NCBI GenBank assembly: GCA_964521915.1
Contig: CAZFTP010000002.1
Location: 159,675 to 223,674 of the forward strand
Origin: an uncultured Candidatus Marinamargulisbacteria bacterium
GTDB lineage: Bacteria; Margulisbacteria; Marinamargulisbacteria; CAZFTP01
Direction of reading: 5' to 3'
Length of the DNA stretch: 64,000 bases
This document shows, one piece after another, positions 26,459-36,488 of the stretch; positions within the stretch are counted from its first letter, which is position 1; each line of letters begins with the position of its first letter. The translations under genes were made by a program, and so were the position numbers. The notes under the pieces are model-generated. The model was given only the letters and a program-made list of their open reading frames with translations, did no database searches and was not told the origin of the DNA.

Positions 26459-28841
26459 TTTCAATAGCTAATTCTGTTTTTAATTTTTCAACCAAAGCAA
26501 GATGCACCTGATTTACATAATCATCTTTTAAACTTTCGTCATCTTTTTGGTAAATAAAAGAAAGCGTAAGACTGTATTTATCCGAGCCAAGTTTTTCAGA
26601 AGTGAAATGGTCAATTAAATAAAAATCTTTTAGCTCAGCTGGTTTAAATTCATTTATTTTTATCGTAATGTCAGTAAATTTCACGTTTTTATTTGCCAGA
26701 ACAGATAAATCTCTTTTAGTGGAAGGATATTTTGAAAAAGATTTAAATTTTTTTAGTTCATAATCTAATGTTTCTGTTTCAGATAAATTTAAAGAAAAAT
26801 AAGCAATTTCTAGATCCAGATCATATTTTTTAGTGAAAATTGGATTTAAAAAACCGAATTCGCCAATAACCTTGTTTTGAATTACAATATTTACCGCTTT
26901 TTTAGGATGTAAATATGGTTTTAAATTTTGATCTTGAATTTGTAAATCTAAATTTAACTTACTAAGTAAATTTTCGACTAAACCCTTTAGCCAGTAAAAA
27001 TCAATGTGATTATTGTTTTTATCTTCCGCTAAATAAGCTTTAGGATTATTTTTACCAATTATTAAACCGGAAAAATACACCTGTTCAAGCGGTAATTCTT
27101 GATTATTATCAAAAAATACCTTATTATTCTCGAAAATTTTAAGGTCATTAATGCCTCGATTATAATTGAAACTTAGTACTTTAATTAATGATGGTAAAAG
27201 ACTTGTTCTTAAAACTGATTCTCTTGGGCTAATCGGATTTCTGAGTTTAAGTTCAGTTTTTTCTTCAAGATTGAGTTGATCTTCTTCACTGACCATGGGA
27301 AAGGTTTTAGCCTCAAAAAAGCCGTAATCAATTAATGTTTCTCTTAAAGTATCAATATTTAAAGAAAGCTTGCTTTTTTCGGTAATAATTACATTTTTTT
27401 CTGGTAACTTAGTTTTAATTTTATCGTAACCTAAAATTCGGGCTATTTCTTCTGCCAGACAAGGCATTTCTTGCACATCAAAAAGACGCCAGCTAGGCAC
27501 TATAACCTGATCCTTTTCTTTATTAAACTGAAAACCAAGTTGAGTAAGCACTTTTTGCATTTGTTCAGCACTAAATTCGGTGTCTAAAAAGCGATTAATT
27601 TCAGTTACGGAAAAATTAATTTGGCGCGGCTTAAAACCCGGATAATCCGAATTTACTACCTTATGAAAAGAATTAGTAATTTTTGCTTCTGCCAGTTCAC
27701 TTAACATCTGTGATGCTTTGTAAGAAACAAACTCCACTAATTCAAAATCAATCCCTTTTTCAAACCTAATAGAACTTTCAGTTTTGAGTTTCAGCCGGGA
27801 TTCTGTTTTTCTGATTGTTTTAGGGTCAAAATAAGCCGCTTCAAGCAAAATATCTTTAGTGGTAGCTTTAATTTCGCTATTTAAACCGCCCATAATACCG
27901 CCTAAAGCTACTGGTCGTTTGCTGTCTGCAATTACTAAATCACTTGAAGTTAATTCGTGTTTATTAGCGTCTAAGGTTGTCATTGGCTCATTATCAAGAG
28001 CTCTGCGTACAATAATTTTAGCATCACTAAGTTCAGTTAAATCAAAAGCATGTAATGGTTGACCAAACTCTAAAAGTAAGTAATTTGTGATATCAACAAC
28101 ATTATTAATGGGTCTAATTCCTGAAATTTCTAATCTGCGTTTTAACCAAAACGGTGAATCTTGGAGTTTAACATTTTCAAGAATTCTGGCTGTATATTTG
28201 GGACAAAGTTCCGGAGCAGTAACCGTTAACTCAAAGTTAACCTTTGCTGGAGTTTCTGGTAATACTTGAATCTCGGGTTTTTTAAGAGGCGTATTTAAAA
28301 TTACACTGATTTCTTTGGCAAAACCAAAAATACTTAAACAATCACCGCGGTTAGGTAAAATAGATACATCTAAAACAGTATCTTTTAATTGATAATAATC
28401 AACAAAATCAATGCCAAGCGGTATGGTTTCCGGTAATAACCAAATACCAGCTGATTCTTCTGTAACCCCCAATTCTTTTTCTGAACAAAGCATACCGAAA
28501 GAGTCAACTCCGCGTAGATTGGCTTTTTTAATTTCCAAACCACTAGCCATAACTGACCCCGGAACACTAAATGGTACTATTGCGCCTTCAAAAACATTGG
28601 TAGCACCAGTAACAATGACATGCTCGTTTTGACCGTCATAGATTTTGGTGATTTGTAATCGATCAGCATTAGGATGTTTTTCAATTTTAGTAATTTTACC
28701 AACTATAATTTTTTGCAGATTTTTACCAAGTTCTTCTATCCCTTCTACTTCAAATCCGGAAAGTGTTAATTTTTCAACTAATTCTGAAAGGGTACAATTA
28801 ATATTTACAAATTCTTTTAGCCAGTTTAAAGAGTATTTCAT
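26451..28841 (-). CDS. pheT: Phenylalanyl-tRNA synthetase beta subunit
   Basis: N-terminal tRNA-binding domain (KHPNADRL), B3/4 and B5 regions, downstream of pheS. Confidence 0.95.
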   Translation of the reverse strand: MKYSLNWLKEFVNINCTLSELVEKLTLSGFEVEGIEELGKNLQKIIVGKITKIEKHPNADRLQITKIYDGQNEHVIVTGATNVFEGAIVPFSVPGSVMASGLEIKKANLRGVDSFGMLCSEKELGVTEESAGIWLLPETIPLGIDFVDYYQLKDTVLDVSILPNRGDCLSIFGFAKEISVILNTPLKKPEIQVLPETPAKVNFELTVTAPELCPKYTARILENVKLQDSPFWLKRRLEISGIRPINNVVDITNYLLLEFGQPLHAFDLTELSDAKIIVRRALDNEPMTTLDANKHELTSSDLVIADSKRPVALGGIMGGLNSEIKATTKDILLEAAYFDPKTIRKTESRLKLKTESSIRFEKGIDFELVEFVSYKASQMLSELAEAKITNSFHKVVNSDYPGFKPRQINFSVTEINRFLDTEFSAEQMQKVLTQLGFQFNKEKDQVIVPSWRLFDVQEMPCLAEEIARILGYDKIKTKLPEKNVIITEKSKLSLNIDTLRETLIDYGFFEAKTFPMVSEEDQLNLEEKTELKLRNPISPRESVLRTSLLPSLIKVLSFNYNRGINDLKIFENNKVFFDNNQELPLEQVYFSGLIIGKNNPKAYLAEDKNNNHIDFYWLKGLVENLLSKLNLDLQIQDQNLKPYLHPKKAVNIVIQNKVIGEFGFLNPIFTKKYDLDLEIAYFSLNLSETETLDYELKKFKSFSKYPSTKRDLSVLANKNVKFTDITIKINEFKPAELKDFYLIDHFTSEKLGSDKYSLTLSFIYQKDDESLKDDYVNQVHLALVEKLKTELAIEIR

Positions 28842-28879
28842 TATTTATCCTTTTTGCCTACGGCGTTTTAGTTCTTCAT

Positions 28880-28913
28880 ATATATCCGTGGGGCGTAGTC
28901 CAACGGATATACG
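28880..28913 (-). repeat. Degenerate copy of the TATAC-type hairpin repeat between pheS and pheT
   Basis: The minus strand reads tcgtatatccgttggactacgccccacggatata. The 5' end matches the copies at 10638, 35680 and 60229. Confidence 0.6.
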
Positions 28914-28925
28914 AGAAAAATAGCC

Positions 28926-29942
28926 CTAAAATTGCCTTAAAAATCTCACATCATTTTCATAAAATAATCTGATATCAGTAATTCCATATTTTAAGATTGC
29001 AATTCTTTCTATACCCATTCCAAAAGCAAAGCCAGTGTATTTAATTGGGTCAACATCACAAGCTCTAAATACATTCTTGTTAACCATGCCTGACCCTAAA
29101 ATTTCTAACCAGCCGCTATTTTTACAGGTAGGGCATCCTTTTCCTTGGCAAATACCGCATTCTACATCAACTTCTGCAGATGGTTCTGTAAAAGGAAAAT
29201 AGCTTGGTCTAAACCTTACTTTTCTTTCTTTTCCAAAATAAGCATGAATAAAATGGTTAAGAACGCCTTTTAGATCTGAAAAAGTAACCCCTTCATCTAC
29301 ATATAAACCTTCAATTTGGTTAAATACCGGTGAATGGCTCATATCATTATCACAGCGATACACAGTTCCAGGAACAATAATTTTTAGCGGTGGTTTAGTT
29401 TTTTTCATTACTCTAACTTGTACCGGTGAAGTATGAGTTCTGAGCAATGTACCATTCTCCAAATAAAACGTATCGTGCATATCACGTGCTGGGTGATCCG
29501 CCGGGATATTTAAAGCCGTAAAATTATGGAATTCATTTTCAACATCAGGACCTCTAGCAACTGAAAACCCGAGGTTTTCAAAAATTTCGCTAATTTCTTC
29601 TATCGTTTGGGTAAGAATATGTTTTTTACCTGTTGCAGAAAAACGACCAGGCAAAGAAGTATCAAGCTGTTCAGAATTTAGATCAGCTAAAACTTTAGCA
29701 TTTTCTAATACCGTTCTTTTTTCGTTAATTGCCTTGAAAATTTCGGTTTTAACTAAATTGGCAACTTCACCAATTTTTTTACGATCTTGCTGAGTCATGG
29801 AACCCAGGGTTTTTAAAATTTCATTTAAGTAGCTTTTTTTACCTAATAATTCAGATTTCATTTCTTCTAAAGCTATTAAAGAATTAAGGGTTTCAATTTT
29901 TTTTAAGGCATTTAATTTAAAATTTTCTAATTGTGAAAGCAT
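28926..29942 (-). CDS. pheS: Phenylalanyl-tRNA synthetase alpha subunit
   Basis: HPARDMHDTFY, FRPSYFPFTEPS, GFAFGMGIERIA. Confidence 0.95.
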   Translation of the reverse strand: MLSQLENFKLNALKKIETLNSLIALEEMKSELLGKKSYLNEILKTLGSMTQQDRKKIGEVANLVKTEIFKAINEKRTVLENAKVLADLNSEQLDTSLPGRFSATGKKHILTQTIEEISEIFENLGFSVARGPDVENEFHNFTALNIPADHPARDMHDTFYLENGTLLRTHTSPVQVRVMKKTKPPLKIIVPGTVYRCDNDMSHSPVFNQIEGLYVDEGVTFSDLKGVLNHFIHAYFGKERKVRFRPSYFPFTEPSAEVDVECGICQGKGCPTCKNSGWLEILGSGMVNKNVFRACDVDPIKYTGFAFGMGIERIAILKYGITDIRLFYENDVRFLRQF

Positions 29943-29948
29943 AATCAG

Positions 29949-29957
29949 ATTTTAACA
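29949..29957 (-). promoter_or_regulatory. Extended -10-like element TGTTAAAAT, 6 nt upstream of the pheS ATG
   Basis: The minus strand reads tgttaaaat-ctgatt-ATG, with no Shine-Dalgarno sequence. Confidence 0.3.
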
Positions 29958-30015
29958 AATTTGGTATTTTTTGTATATTACTCAAAAACTGAAATATTAG
30001 GCACATTTGAGTTTC

Positions 30016-31329
30016 CTATGCCTTAATTTCTGCTTCAAAAAGTCTTTTCCAAGGGAATTTTATTTTTTCATTTAATGGTAAATAATCAGGTAAAGCCCAA
30101 ATATCCAAATCCATTTTTTTTGCTTCAGTAATTAATTTTGGTCTAATTATACTTTGATAGTGCCAGTCGTCAGTTAAACGTAATTTTAGAAAATCTTGAT
30201 TTTTAAAATTCAAAATCCCCTGAATTAGGGCAAATCCTAAAGTATTAGCTGAAGTATTCCAAGCAGAAAATCCGGTTAAATTTGTTAGATTAATTTTTTT
30301 TGCTAGAACAGCCATTAATTCGGGATCTGCTCCGTTAGCATATTTTAAATCTGCTAAAATAACCTTTTTACCTAAAGATAATTGGTTAATAATTTTGTTA
30401 CAAAATTCGTTGATGTTATTATTATTATTTGTGAATTTTTTGGTAAAAATTAAATCTTTTTGTTTTTTTAAAGGACACCAAATCATTAAAGTGAAATCTG
30501 GTTTTTGATTTGTTTTTTTTATTTCTTTTAAATTAAGTATTTTCATTTGACCTTGTAAAGATTTTTTTATACTTCTATCTTCATAAAGTGAAGTAATTTT
30601 AGCTGAATTAGCATTAGAAAAAATTATTTCTATTTTTTTTGGCAAGCCTTTTATAAATTTTTGCCAAAGTTTAGTTAAAAGTACTAACCCTTGTTCATCA
30701 GTTCCAGTTGTTAATACTATTTTAGACTGAGTTTTTGTTTGTGTAATTTGATTTTTTAATTCTTGCTGTTCATTGAAAATCAAAGAATTTTTAATACAAT
30801 CTTCTTGTGCTAAGGTAAGAAAATCAATGGTTTTTTCTTTAGTTAATTTAATAGCATAAACATTTATTAAGTGATTTATTAATCTATCTTCTGCTAAAAG
30901 TTCAGGGTTATTATGATATTTTTCCCAAAGTTCAAGATCACTGGTTTTATTTACGGTTATTGAACAACGTTTTATTACGTTAAAAGCAAAAATTAATATC
31001 TTCGGATATTGTTTTTTTAATGTTTTTAAAATTTCTAAATCCGTTTCAATTTCCAAAAAAGTTTTTTTTACGTTTCTGGAAGCTAACAAACCGCCGTAAG
31101 CTAGCATATCTATGGAAATTACCCAGCCTTTAACTTTGTTAAAATTGTTTTCTAGCCAATTACTAATTTTTGGAATTTCTCCGGGTTTATTACGATTTCC
31201 TAATAGTTTTTTTGGTGGATGTAATATTTTAATATTAGCGGATTTCATTGCCACTAATACTTGCTGTAAATTAACAGGGCGATTATCTAACGGAAGATAG
31301 CCTAATCTAATTTGTTTTGTCAAATTCAC
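30016..31329 (-). CDS. Conserved hypothetical protein, probably DUF4127 family
   Basis: N-terminal LGYLPLDNRPVN resembles the DUF4127 signature as I recall it. Overlaps the nfnB-like stop, so it appears co-operonic. Confidence 0.45.
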   Translation of the reverse strand: MNLTKQIRLGYLPLDNRPVNLQQVLVAMKSANIKILHPPKKLLGNRNKPGEIPKISNWLENNFNKVKGWVISIDMLAYGGLLASRNVKKTFLEIETDLEILKTLKKQYPKILIFAFNVIKRCSITVNKTSDLELWEKYHNNPELLAEDRLINHLINVYAIKLTKEKTIDFLTLAQEDCIKNSLIFNEQQELKNQITQTKTQSKIVLTTGTDEQGLVLLTKLWQKFIKGLPKKIEIIFSNANSAKITSLYEDRSIKKSLQGQMKILNLKEIKKTNQKPDFTLMIWCPLKKQKDLIFTKKFTNNNNNINEFCNKIINQLSLGKKVILADLKYANGADPELMAVLAKKINLTNLTGFSAWNTSANTLGFALIQGILNFKNQDFLKLRLTDDWHYQSIIRPKLITEAKKMDLDIWALPDYLPLNEKIKFPWKRLFEAEIKA

Positions 31330-32717
31330 CCCAATTTTTTAATTATTGCTTCTGCGGCTTTTTTTCCGGCACCCATTGCTAAAATTACGGTTGCGGCACC
31401 TGTAACAATATCACCGCCAGCCCAAACGTTTTCTAAAGAGGTTTTGCCCGCAGAATCAAAAACTACAATGTTGCCTTTTTTATTGAGTTCTAAGCCTGAT
31501 GTATTTTTCGTTAATAATGGATTAGCTGAATTTCCTAATGCCATTATTACAGAATCAATTTCTAAATTGAATTCGCTATTTGGAATTTCAATTGGTTTTC
31601 TTCTACCGGATTGGTCTGGCTCACCAAGTTCCATTTTTATGCAGGTAATGCTTTCAACTATTTTATTTTCATTAGCATTTATTTTGGTAGGGTTAGTCAG
31701 TAAATAAAATTTAATACCTTCTTGCTGAGCATGCTCAATTTCTTCAGCTCGTGCTGGCATTTCATCTCGTGATCTGCGGTAAATTAGGTAAACTTCTGCC
31801 CCAAGTCTTTTTGCACATCTGGCGGCATCCATAGCAACATTTCCGCCACCTACTACCGCTACTTTCTTCCCGATTTTTACAGGTGTATCTGTTTCAGGAA
31901 ATTTATAAGCTTTCATTAAATTTACTCTGGTTAAAAATTCATTTGCAGAATAAACTCCGGCTAAATCTTCTCCTGGTATATTCATAAATTGAGGTAAACC
32001 AGCTCCAACTGCTAAATAAATAGCTGAGAAACCTTGTTCAAATAAGTCTTCTAAAGAGTAAATTCTACCAACCACCATGTTTAGCTGAATTTCAACACCT
32101 AAATCTTTTAAAACATTAATTTCTTGTTGAACAATTGCCTTTGGTAAACGAAATTCCGGAATGCCGTACATTAGTACTCCGCCTGGTATATGAAAAGCTT
32201 CAAAAATAACTACTTTAAAACCAGCTTTAGCTAAGTCAACGGCACAAGTTAAACCCGCAGGTCCTGACCCGATAATTGCGATTTTTTTTGCATCCTTAGG
32301 TGGTGAAGTTTTTTGGTTATGAGTTGAGTTTTTTGTAATATCAGCAACAAAACGTTCTAAGCGACCAATAGCTACTGGTTCAAATTTTTTTCCTAAAATA
32401 CAGGTTCCTTCACATTGTACTTCTTGCGGGCAAACTCTGCCGCAAATTGCAGGTAGCATGTTGGTTTCTCTAATCTTTTCAGCCGCTAATAGATAATTTT
32501 TGGTTTTAATTAAATTTATAAATTCCGGAATTTTTACATTAACAGGGCATCCGGTAACACAGGCCGGATTTTTACAGTTTAAACAACGGCTGGCTTCTGT
32601 TAAAGCTTGTTCTTCTGTATAACCAAGCGCAACTTCGTTAAAATTATGAATTCTTTCTTCTGGTTTTTGTTCTGGAATAGATTGTCTTGGAATCATTTGT
32701 CTAAACCAATTTTGCAA
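31326..32717 (-). CDS. GltD-like NADPH-dependent oxidoreductase, probably NfnB (large subunit of ferredoxin:NADP oxidoreductase / sulfide dehydrogenase type)
   Basis: N-terminal Fe-S motifs CLNCKNPACVTGCPV and CGRVCPQEVQCEGTC; IAIIGSGPAGL; VVGGGNVAMDAAR. Confidence 0.8.
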   Translation of the reverse strand: MQNWFRQMIPRQSIPEQKPEERIHNFNEVALGYTEEQALTEASRCLNCKNPACVTGCPVNVKIPEFINLIKTKNYLLAAEKIRETNMLPAICGRVCPQEVQCEGTCILGKKFEPVAIGRLERFVADITKNSTHNQKTSPPKDAKKIAIIGSGPAGLTCAVDLAKAGFKVVIFEAFHIPGGVLMYGIPEFRLPKAIVQQEINVLKDLGVEIQLNMVVGRIYSLEDLFEQGFSAIYLAVGAGLPQFMNIPGEDLAGVYSANEFLTRVNLMKAYKFPETDTPVKIGKKVAVVGGGNVAMDAARCAKRLGAEVYLIYRRSRDEMPARAEEIEHAQQEGIKFYLLTNPTKINANENKIVESITCIKMELGEPDQSGRRKPIEIPNSEFNLEIDSVIMALGNSANPLLTKNTSGLELNKKGNIVVFDSAGKTSLENVWAGGDIVTGAATVILAMGAGKKAAEAIIKKLG

Positions 32718-33526
32718 GTATGTTCTTTTGCTGTTTTTTCTTCAGCTAAGTAAAAACGTTGCCTATTCATTAAATTAACAAAATCAACATCAAGTCCTTC
32801 AAATTCAGGACCATCTACACAAACAAATTTTGGTTCATTTTTTACCATAACTCTACATCCTCCGCACATGCCAGTACCATCAATCATAATTGAATTTAAA
32901 GAAACTATGGTGGAAATATTTTTTTGCCTGGCAGTATCTACTACTACTTTCATCATAATTGCCGGACCAATTGCATAAATTTTATCAATTTGCCGCGAAT
33001 TAATTAGTTTTTCTTGAATATTGGTGACTAGACCTTTTTCACCAGCGGATCCGTCATCTGTACATACATAAAATTCATCGGAAAAATAAGCAAGTTTATC
33101 TTGCCAAAAAAGTAAATCTTTGTTCTTAGCACCAAGAATAGTAATGGTTTTATTATCAGCATTTTTTAGAGATTTTAAAATTGGAAATAAAGGTGCAATG
33201 CCTACTCCGCCGGCAATCATTAATACTGTACCAAAATTTTTTATTTCTGAAGGATGACCAAGTGGACCTAAAATATCTTGAATAAAATCGCCTTCTTGCA
33301 TTTGGCCAAATTCAATGGTGGTTTTACCAATTTCTTGTACAACTAAAGTAATAGTGCCTTTTTCAACATCAAAATCTGCTAGTGTTAAAGGAATACGTTC
33401 ACCATTTTCCCTTAAGCGAACAATTACGAATTGTCCGGCTTTGGCTTTTTGAGCAAGTAGAGGGTAGTCAATTACAAATTCTTTTAAATTTTCTGCTAAA
33501 GGCAATTTTTTTATTATTTTATGCAT
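32693..33526 (-). CDS. PyrK-like FAD/[2Fe-2S] electron-transfer subunit, probably NfnA
   Basis: GQFVIVRL, GGVGIAP, C-terminal GTGMCGGCRV..FVCVDGPEF. I prefer the ATG at 33526 (MHKIIKKLPLAE) over the TTG at 33595 used by the ORF track. Confidence 0.8.
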   Translation of the reverse strand: MHKIIKKLPLAENLKEFVIDYPLLAQKAKAGQFVIVRLRENGERIPLTLADFDVEKGTITLVVQEIGKTTIEFGQMQEGDFIQDILGPLGHPSEIKNFGTVLMIAGGVGIAPLFPILKSLKNADNKTITILGAKNKDLLFWQDKLAYFSDEFYVCTDDGSAGEKGLVTNIQEKLINSRQIDKIYAIGPAIMMKVVVDTARQKNISTIVSLNSIMIDGTGMCGGCRVMVKNEPKFVCVDGPEFEGLDVDFVNLMNRQRFYLAEEKTAKEHTCKIGLDK

Positions 33527-33620
33527 ATATTTGTTAGATCCAGGAATAAAAATTATTATTTTTTTAATTATATGTTTTCTGAGCTTGGTTGGCAATAAAA
33601 ACCTTAAATATTAAACAATT

Positions 33621-34391
33621 TTAATTTTTAATTTCAATTTGTAAAGGAGGTAAACAGATTTTAGGATAATATTGATTTTTCACAAAAAAATCTTCTTCTT
33701 TTTTTCTGATTTCAATATAGTCCTTAATTGTAATAAAAACATAGGGTTTTAAATTTAAAAATTTTAAACCAATAATATTTTGTTTTGCATTTTTTTCTCT
33801 GGTAATTTGTAATTCAACTCTAATTTGATAGTAAACGTAATTAATCTGATTTTGATCTCTGATAATTTTGGGTATTTTTATAATAGCAGAAAGAAGATCA
33901 TTTTTAATAAATTTCATTTCATTATTTTCAGGTATAATTAAAGATAAACCATTGGTGCTAATATCTTTTATTTCAATACTGTCTGATTTATTCTCTACAA
34001 AATTATTTTTTATTCTTTCTGCTTTACGATGACAAATTTTACAAATTTTTTCCGGCCATTTATAAGAAATTAGTTTTAAGTGTTTAAGCATTTCAAAAGA
34101 ATCGCTATAAGTACTGGAAAAAAAATATTTTTCATTGTTTATTTGAAAATTAAAATTACAAATGGTTTTTCTGGTTTTAAGATTTTTTAGTAATTCTTCA
34201 TCTTTAGGAGCTTCAAAAATTAATTCATTAATTGTACTAAAATGATCAATTTTTCTTTCAATATCTAAAAACTTTAAAGAATTCTGAATAGTTTGATCTT
34301 CTATCTTTAATTCAAATTTAACCCAACAAAATTTTGCTAAGGTGAGAATTTCTTTAATTTTTAAACCGTGTATTTCAATATAATTATTCAC
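33621..34391 (-). CDS. PilZ-domain-like protein (possible c-di-GMP receptor)
   Basis: HRKAERIK ... DISTNGLSL resembles the PilZ RxxxR / DxSxxG motifs. Confidence 0.55.
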   Translation of the reverse strand: MNNYIEIHGLKIKEILTLAKFCWVKFELKIEDQTIQNSLKFLDIERKIDHFSTINELIFEAPKDEELLKNLKTRKTICNFNFQINNEKYFFSSTYSDSFEMLKHLKLISYKWPEKICKICHRKAERIKNNFVENKSDSIEIKDISTNGLSLIIPENNEMKFIKNDLLSAIIKIPKIIRDQNQINYVYYQIRVELQITREKNAKQNIIGLKFLNLKPYVFITIKDYIEIRKKEEDFFVKNQYYPKICLPPLQIEIKN

Positions 34392-34400
34392 TGGTACTAT

Positions 34401-34622
34401 TTAAAAATCAGAAGAGTCTTCAAGATCATAAGCATTATCAACTTCTATTGAGCCTAGATCTTCTTGAATTTCGCTAAAATCGTATTTAATTTTACTTTTG
34501 TTTAAATTTCCTTCACCAAAATTTTCCATTTCCGTATCAACTTCTGTTTGCGATTTATCTTTACAAATCGCGCAGGTTTGCCAATAGATTCCGTGAACAC
34601 ATTCTTTTATTTCTTTGCTCAT
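34401..34622 (-). CDS. Hypothetical small protein with N-terminal Cys/His cluster and acidic tail
   Basis: CVHGIYWQTCAIC; 4-nt and 9-nt gaps to neighbouring genes. Confidence 0.45.
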   Translation of the reverse strand: MSKEIKECVHGIYWQTCAICKDKSQTEVDTEMENFGEGNLNKSKIKYDFSEIQEDLGSIEVDNAYDLEDSSDF

Positions 34623-34626
34623 TAAA

Positions 34627-35145
34627 TTACTCCTTTTCTAACAATTCTTCTTCTTTTTTTATGGCTGATTTTATCTCCCGCATACCGGTTTCAATAAGAA
34701 TCCAACCTCCATTTTCAAACCCAACTCCTTCATCAACAAAAATTAAAGCATTGTTTTCCTCAACTAAACCAAGGTCACTAGCAATTTTATTAGCTTTTTT
34801 TGCTTCTAATTTTTTTAAAGATGTCTTAATTCTTTCAAGTTGATCTTTAGCCAGTTCTAAACCACCAAGTACTACTAAAATAGAATTAATATTTTCAATA
34901 TTTACGTTTAGAATCTTGGCTATATCTTGATAAATAGCTTGTGTAGATTGAGTATCTAATTCTTTTAGAATTTGGTGAATATTAACACCTTTTATACCAG
35001 GTTCAACACTTAGTACTTTTATGCCTTGAAAGCCCATGGTTTCTTTAATCATTTTTGTGGTGTCAGGACTTAACACTTGGCTCATGTCACCTTTAGCAAC
35101 AAACCAGTTACGAAGGCCTGAAACACCTTCAATACCAAACGACAT
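34627..35145 (-). CDS. Hypothetical protein
   Basis: 172-aa ORF tightly packed in the operon, with no motif I recognise. Confidence 0.45.
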   Translation of the reverse strand: MSFGIEGVSGLRNWFVAKGDMSQVLSPDTTKMIKETMGFQGIKVLSVEPGIKGVNIHQILKELDTQSTQAIYQDIAKILNVNIENINSILVVLGGLELAKDQLERIKTSLKKLEAKKANKIASDLGLVEENNALIFVDEGVGFENGGWILIETGMREIKSAIKKEEELLEKE

Positions 35146-35161
35146 TAAATTGCTCCTAATT

Positions 35162-35503
35162 TTATTTTTTTTGGATGGTAATAGTTACCATATCTGATTC
35201 TTTACTATTACCTAACATATAAGTACCTAATTGCACCATGATCTTTTTTTCTTCGAGATTTCCTTCTCTGCCATTTACGAAAATTTTTCCGGTTTTTCTT
35301 TCGTAAACAAAAGTTGTCCCTTTTTCATAGGGTTTTTTATGATATAAAACAATTTTTTCTTCATTTTCGGCATAAATAATTTTACTGCCGTCTGGTAAAC
35401 TTTTATTTTCGTCAGAAAATTGAACAATTTTTACTTTGTCTCTTCCAACAGACTTAAAAATATTTTCCATTTTTGGTGTATTTCCTAGATTTTGATCAAA
35501 CAT
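35162..35503 (-). CDS. Hypothetical protein
   Basis: 113-aa ORF, first gene of the minus-strand operon. GGAG-like Shine-Dalgarno sequence (aggagtac) upstream. Confidence 0.45.
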   Translation of the reverse strand: MFDQNLGNTPKMENIFKSVGRDKVKIVQFSDENKSLPDGSKIIYAENEEKIVLYHKKPYEKGTTFVYERKTGKIFVNGREGNLEEKKIMVQLGTYMLGNSKESDMVTITIQKK

Positions 35504-35589
35504 TTTGTACTCCTAAAATTTATTATAACTGACTTTTTTTAATTTTTTAAGTATTATTTAAAATTGGGCACTAGAAACTCGAGGCATAA

Positions 35590-35712
35590 GGCAAAAGGCA
35601 CTAGGCACTAGTGGGGCTCAGAGGAAAAAGAGCCCCTGGGGGTTTTTAAGGGGCTTGCCCCCTTAAAGAATTTTTTTTCGTATACCCGTGAAGCGAAGCT
35701 TCAGGGGTATAC
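35590..35712. repeat. Mosaic GC-rich repeat cluster upstream of rnhB
   Basis: ggcaaaaggcactaggcactag; hairpins ggggctc..gagcccc (35613-35636) and ttaaggggcttgcccccttaa (35646-35666); TATAC-type hairpin gtataccc-gtgaagcgaagcttcag-gggtatac (35680-35712). Homologous to 4641-4700. Confidence 0.85.
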
Positions 35713-35726
35713 ATAAAGGAAAAGTA

Positions 35727-36401
35727 ATGAAATTAATCGGAATTGATGAAGCAGGTGTTGGACCAATAATCGGACCAATGGTAGTTGCAGGGGTCTTGGT
35801 TAAAGATCAGTTTTTATCAAAGCTACAAGAATTTGGCGTTAAAGATAGTAAAAAATTTAGTTTATCTAAAGCTAGACAGCAAAGATTGGCTACACTTGAA
35901 GCCGTGAGAAAGTATATTAAAAAAAAATTTGTTCAGTTAATTAGCGCTGAAGAATTAGATAATAGTAATTTTATTGATTTAGAAATTTTAGCAATTATTA
36001 AAATTTTAGAAGAATTAGATTATAAAACAGCTGATATTATTTATATTCCTCAGATAGGGCAGGTTAAATTAAATACATTAATAAATAAAATTAATCAGAT
36101 TAAACTGAATTTTTTTACTGAAAAAGTTATAGATAAAATAATTTATGAGATAGATGCCGATGATAAATTTTTACCGGTTTCTCTTGCGTCTATTATTGCT
36201 AAAACACGTAGAGATGCTGAAATGATAAGGCTTTGTGAATCAATTAATGAACCCTATATTTCTGGTTATCCGAATAAAAAAACTGCTGAATTTTTATATA
36301 ATTATTATAATAAGTACAATAAATTAGTGCCTCAGATTAGAAAAAGTAGAAACTGGGAACCTCTACAAAAGTTATTATCCAGTATACACATAAATTTGTA
36401 A
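35727..36401 (+). CDS. rnhB: Ribonuclease HII
   Basis: LIGIDEAGVGPIIGPMVVAGV. I prefer the ATG at 35727, preceded by aaaggaaaag. The GTG at 35688 in the ORF track lies inside a hairpin repeat. Confidence 0.85.
   Translation: MKLIGIDEAGVGPIIGPMVVAGVLVKDQFLSKLQEFGVKDSKKFSLSKARQQRLATLEAVRKYIKKKFVQLISAEELDNSNFIDLEILAIIKILEELDYKTADIIYIPQIGQVKLNTLINKINQIKLNFFTEKVIDKIIYEIDADDKFLPVSLASIIAKTRRDAEMIRLCESINEPYISGYPNKKTAEFLYNYYNKYNKLVPQIRKSRNWEPLQKLLSSIHINL
36159..36377 (+). repeat. Direct repeat copy 1 (inside intact rnhB)
   Basis: Matches 43372-43590 at a constant offset of 7213 bp with 6 mismatches and no indels. Confidence 0.95.
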
Positions 36402-36488
36402 TCGTTAATAGTTACAAACTAATACTTTTATCTCTTTAAATTAATGTTATTATTTTAATAAGGGGTATTAATTTGGAGGTCTATATTT

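Noticed and set aside
28645-28923. 92-aa plus-strand ORF spanning the pheT start and the pheS-pheT spacer
   Set aside because: It is mostly antisense to pheT, and the remainder is the degenerate hairpin repeat. It has no Shine-Dalgarno sequence and a low-complexity sequence.
35688-35726. Upstream alternative start codons used by the ORF track (GTG 35688 for rnhB, TTG 21820 for the SLH protein, TTG 33595 for the NfnA-like gene)
   Set aside because: The downstream ATGs (35727, 21847, 33526) give N-termini matching family expectations: GIDEAG near the N-terminus, a proper signal peptide, and a PyrK-like start. The GTG at 35688 lies inside a repeat hairpin.
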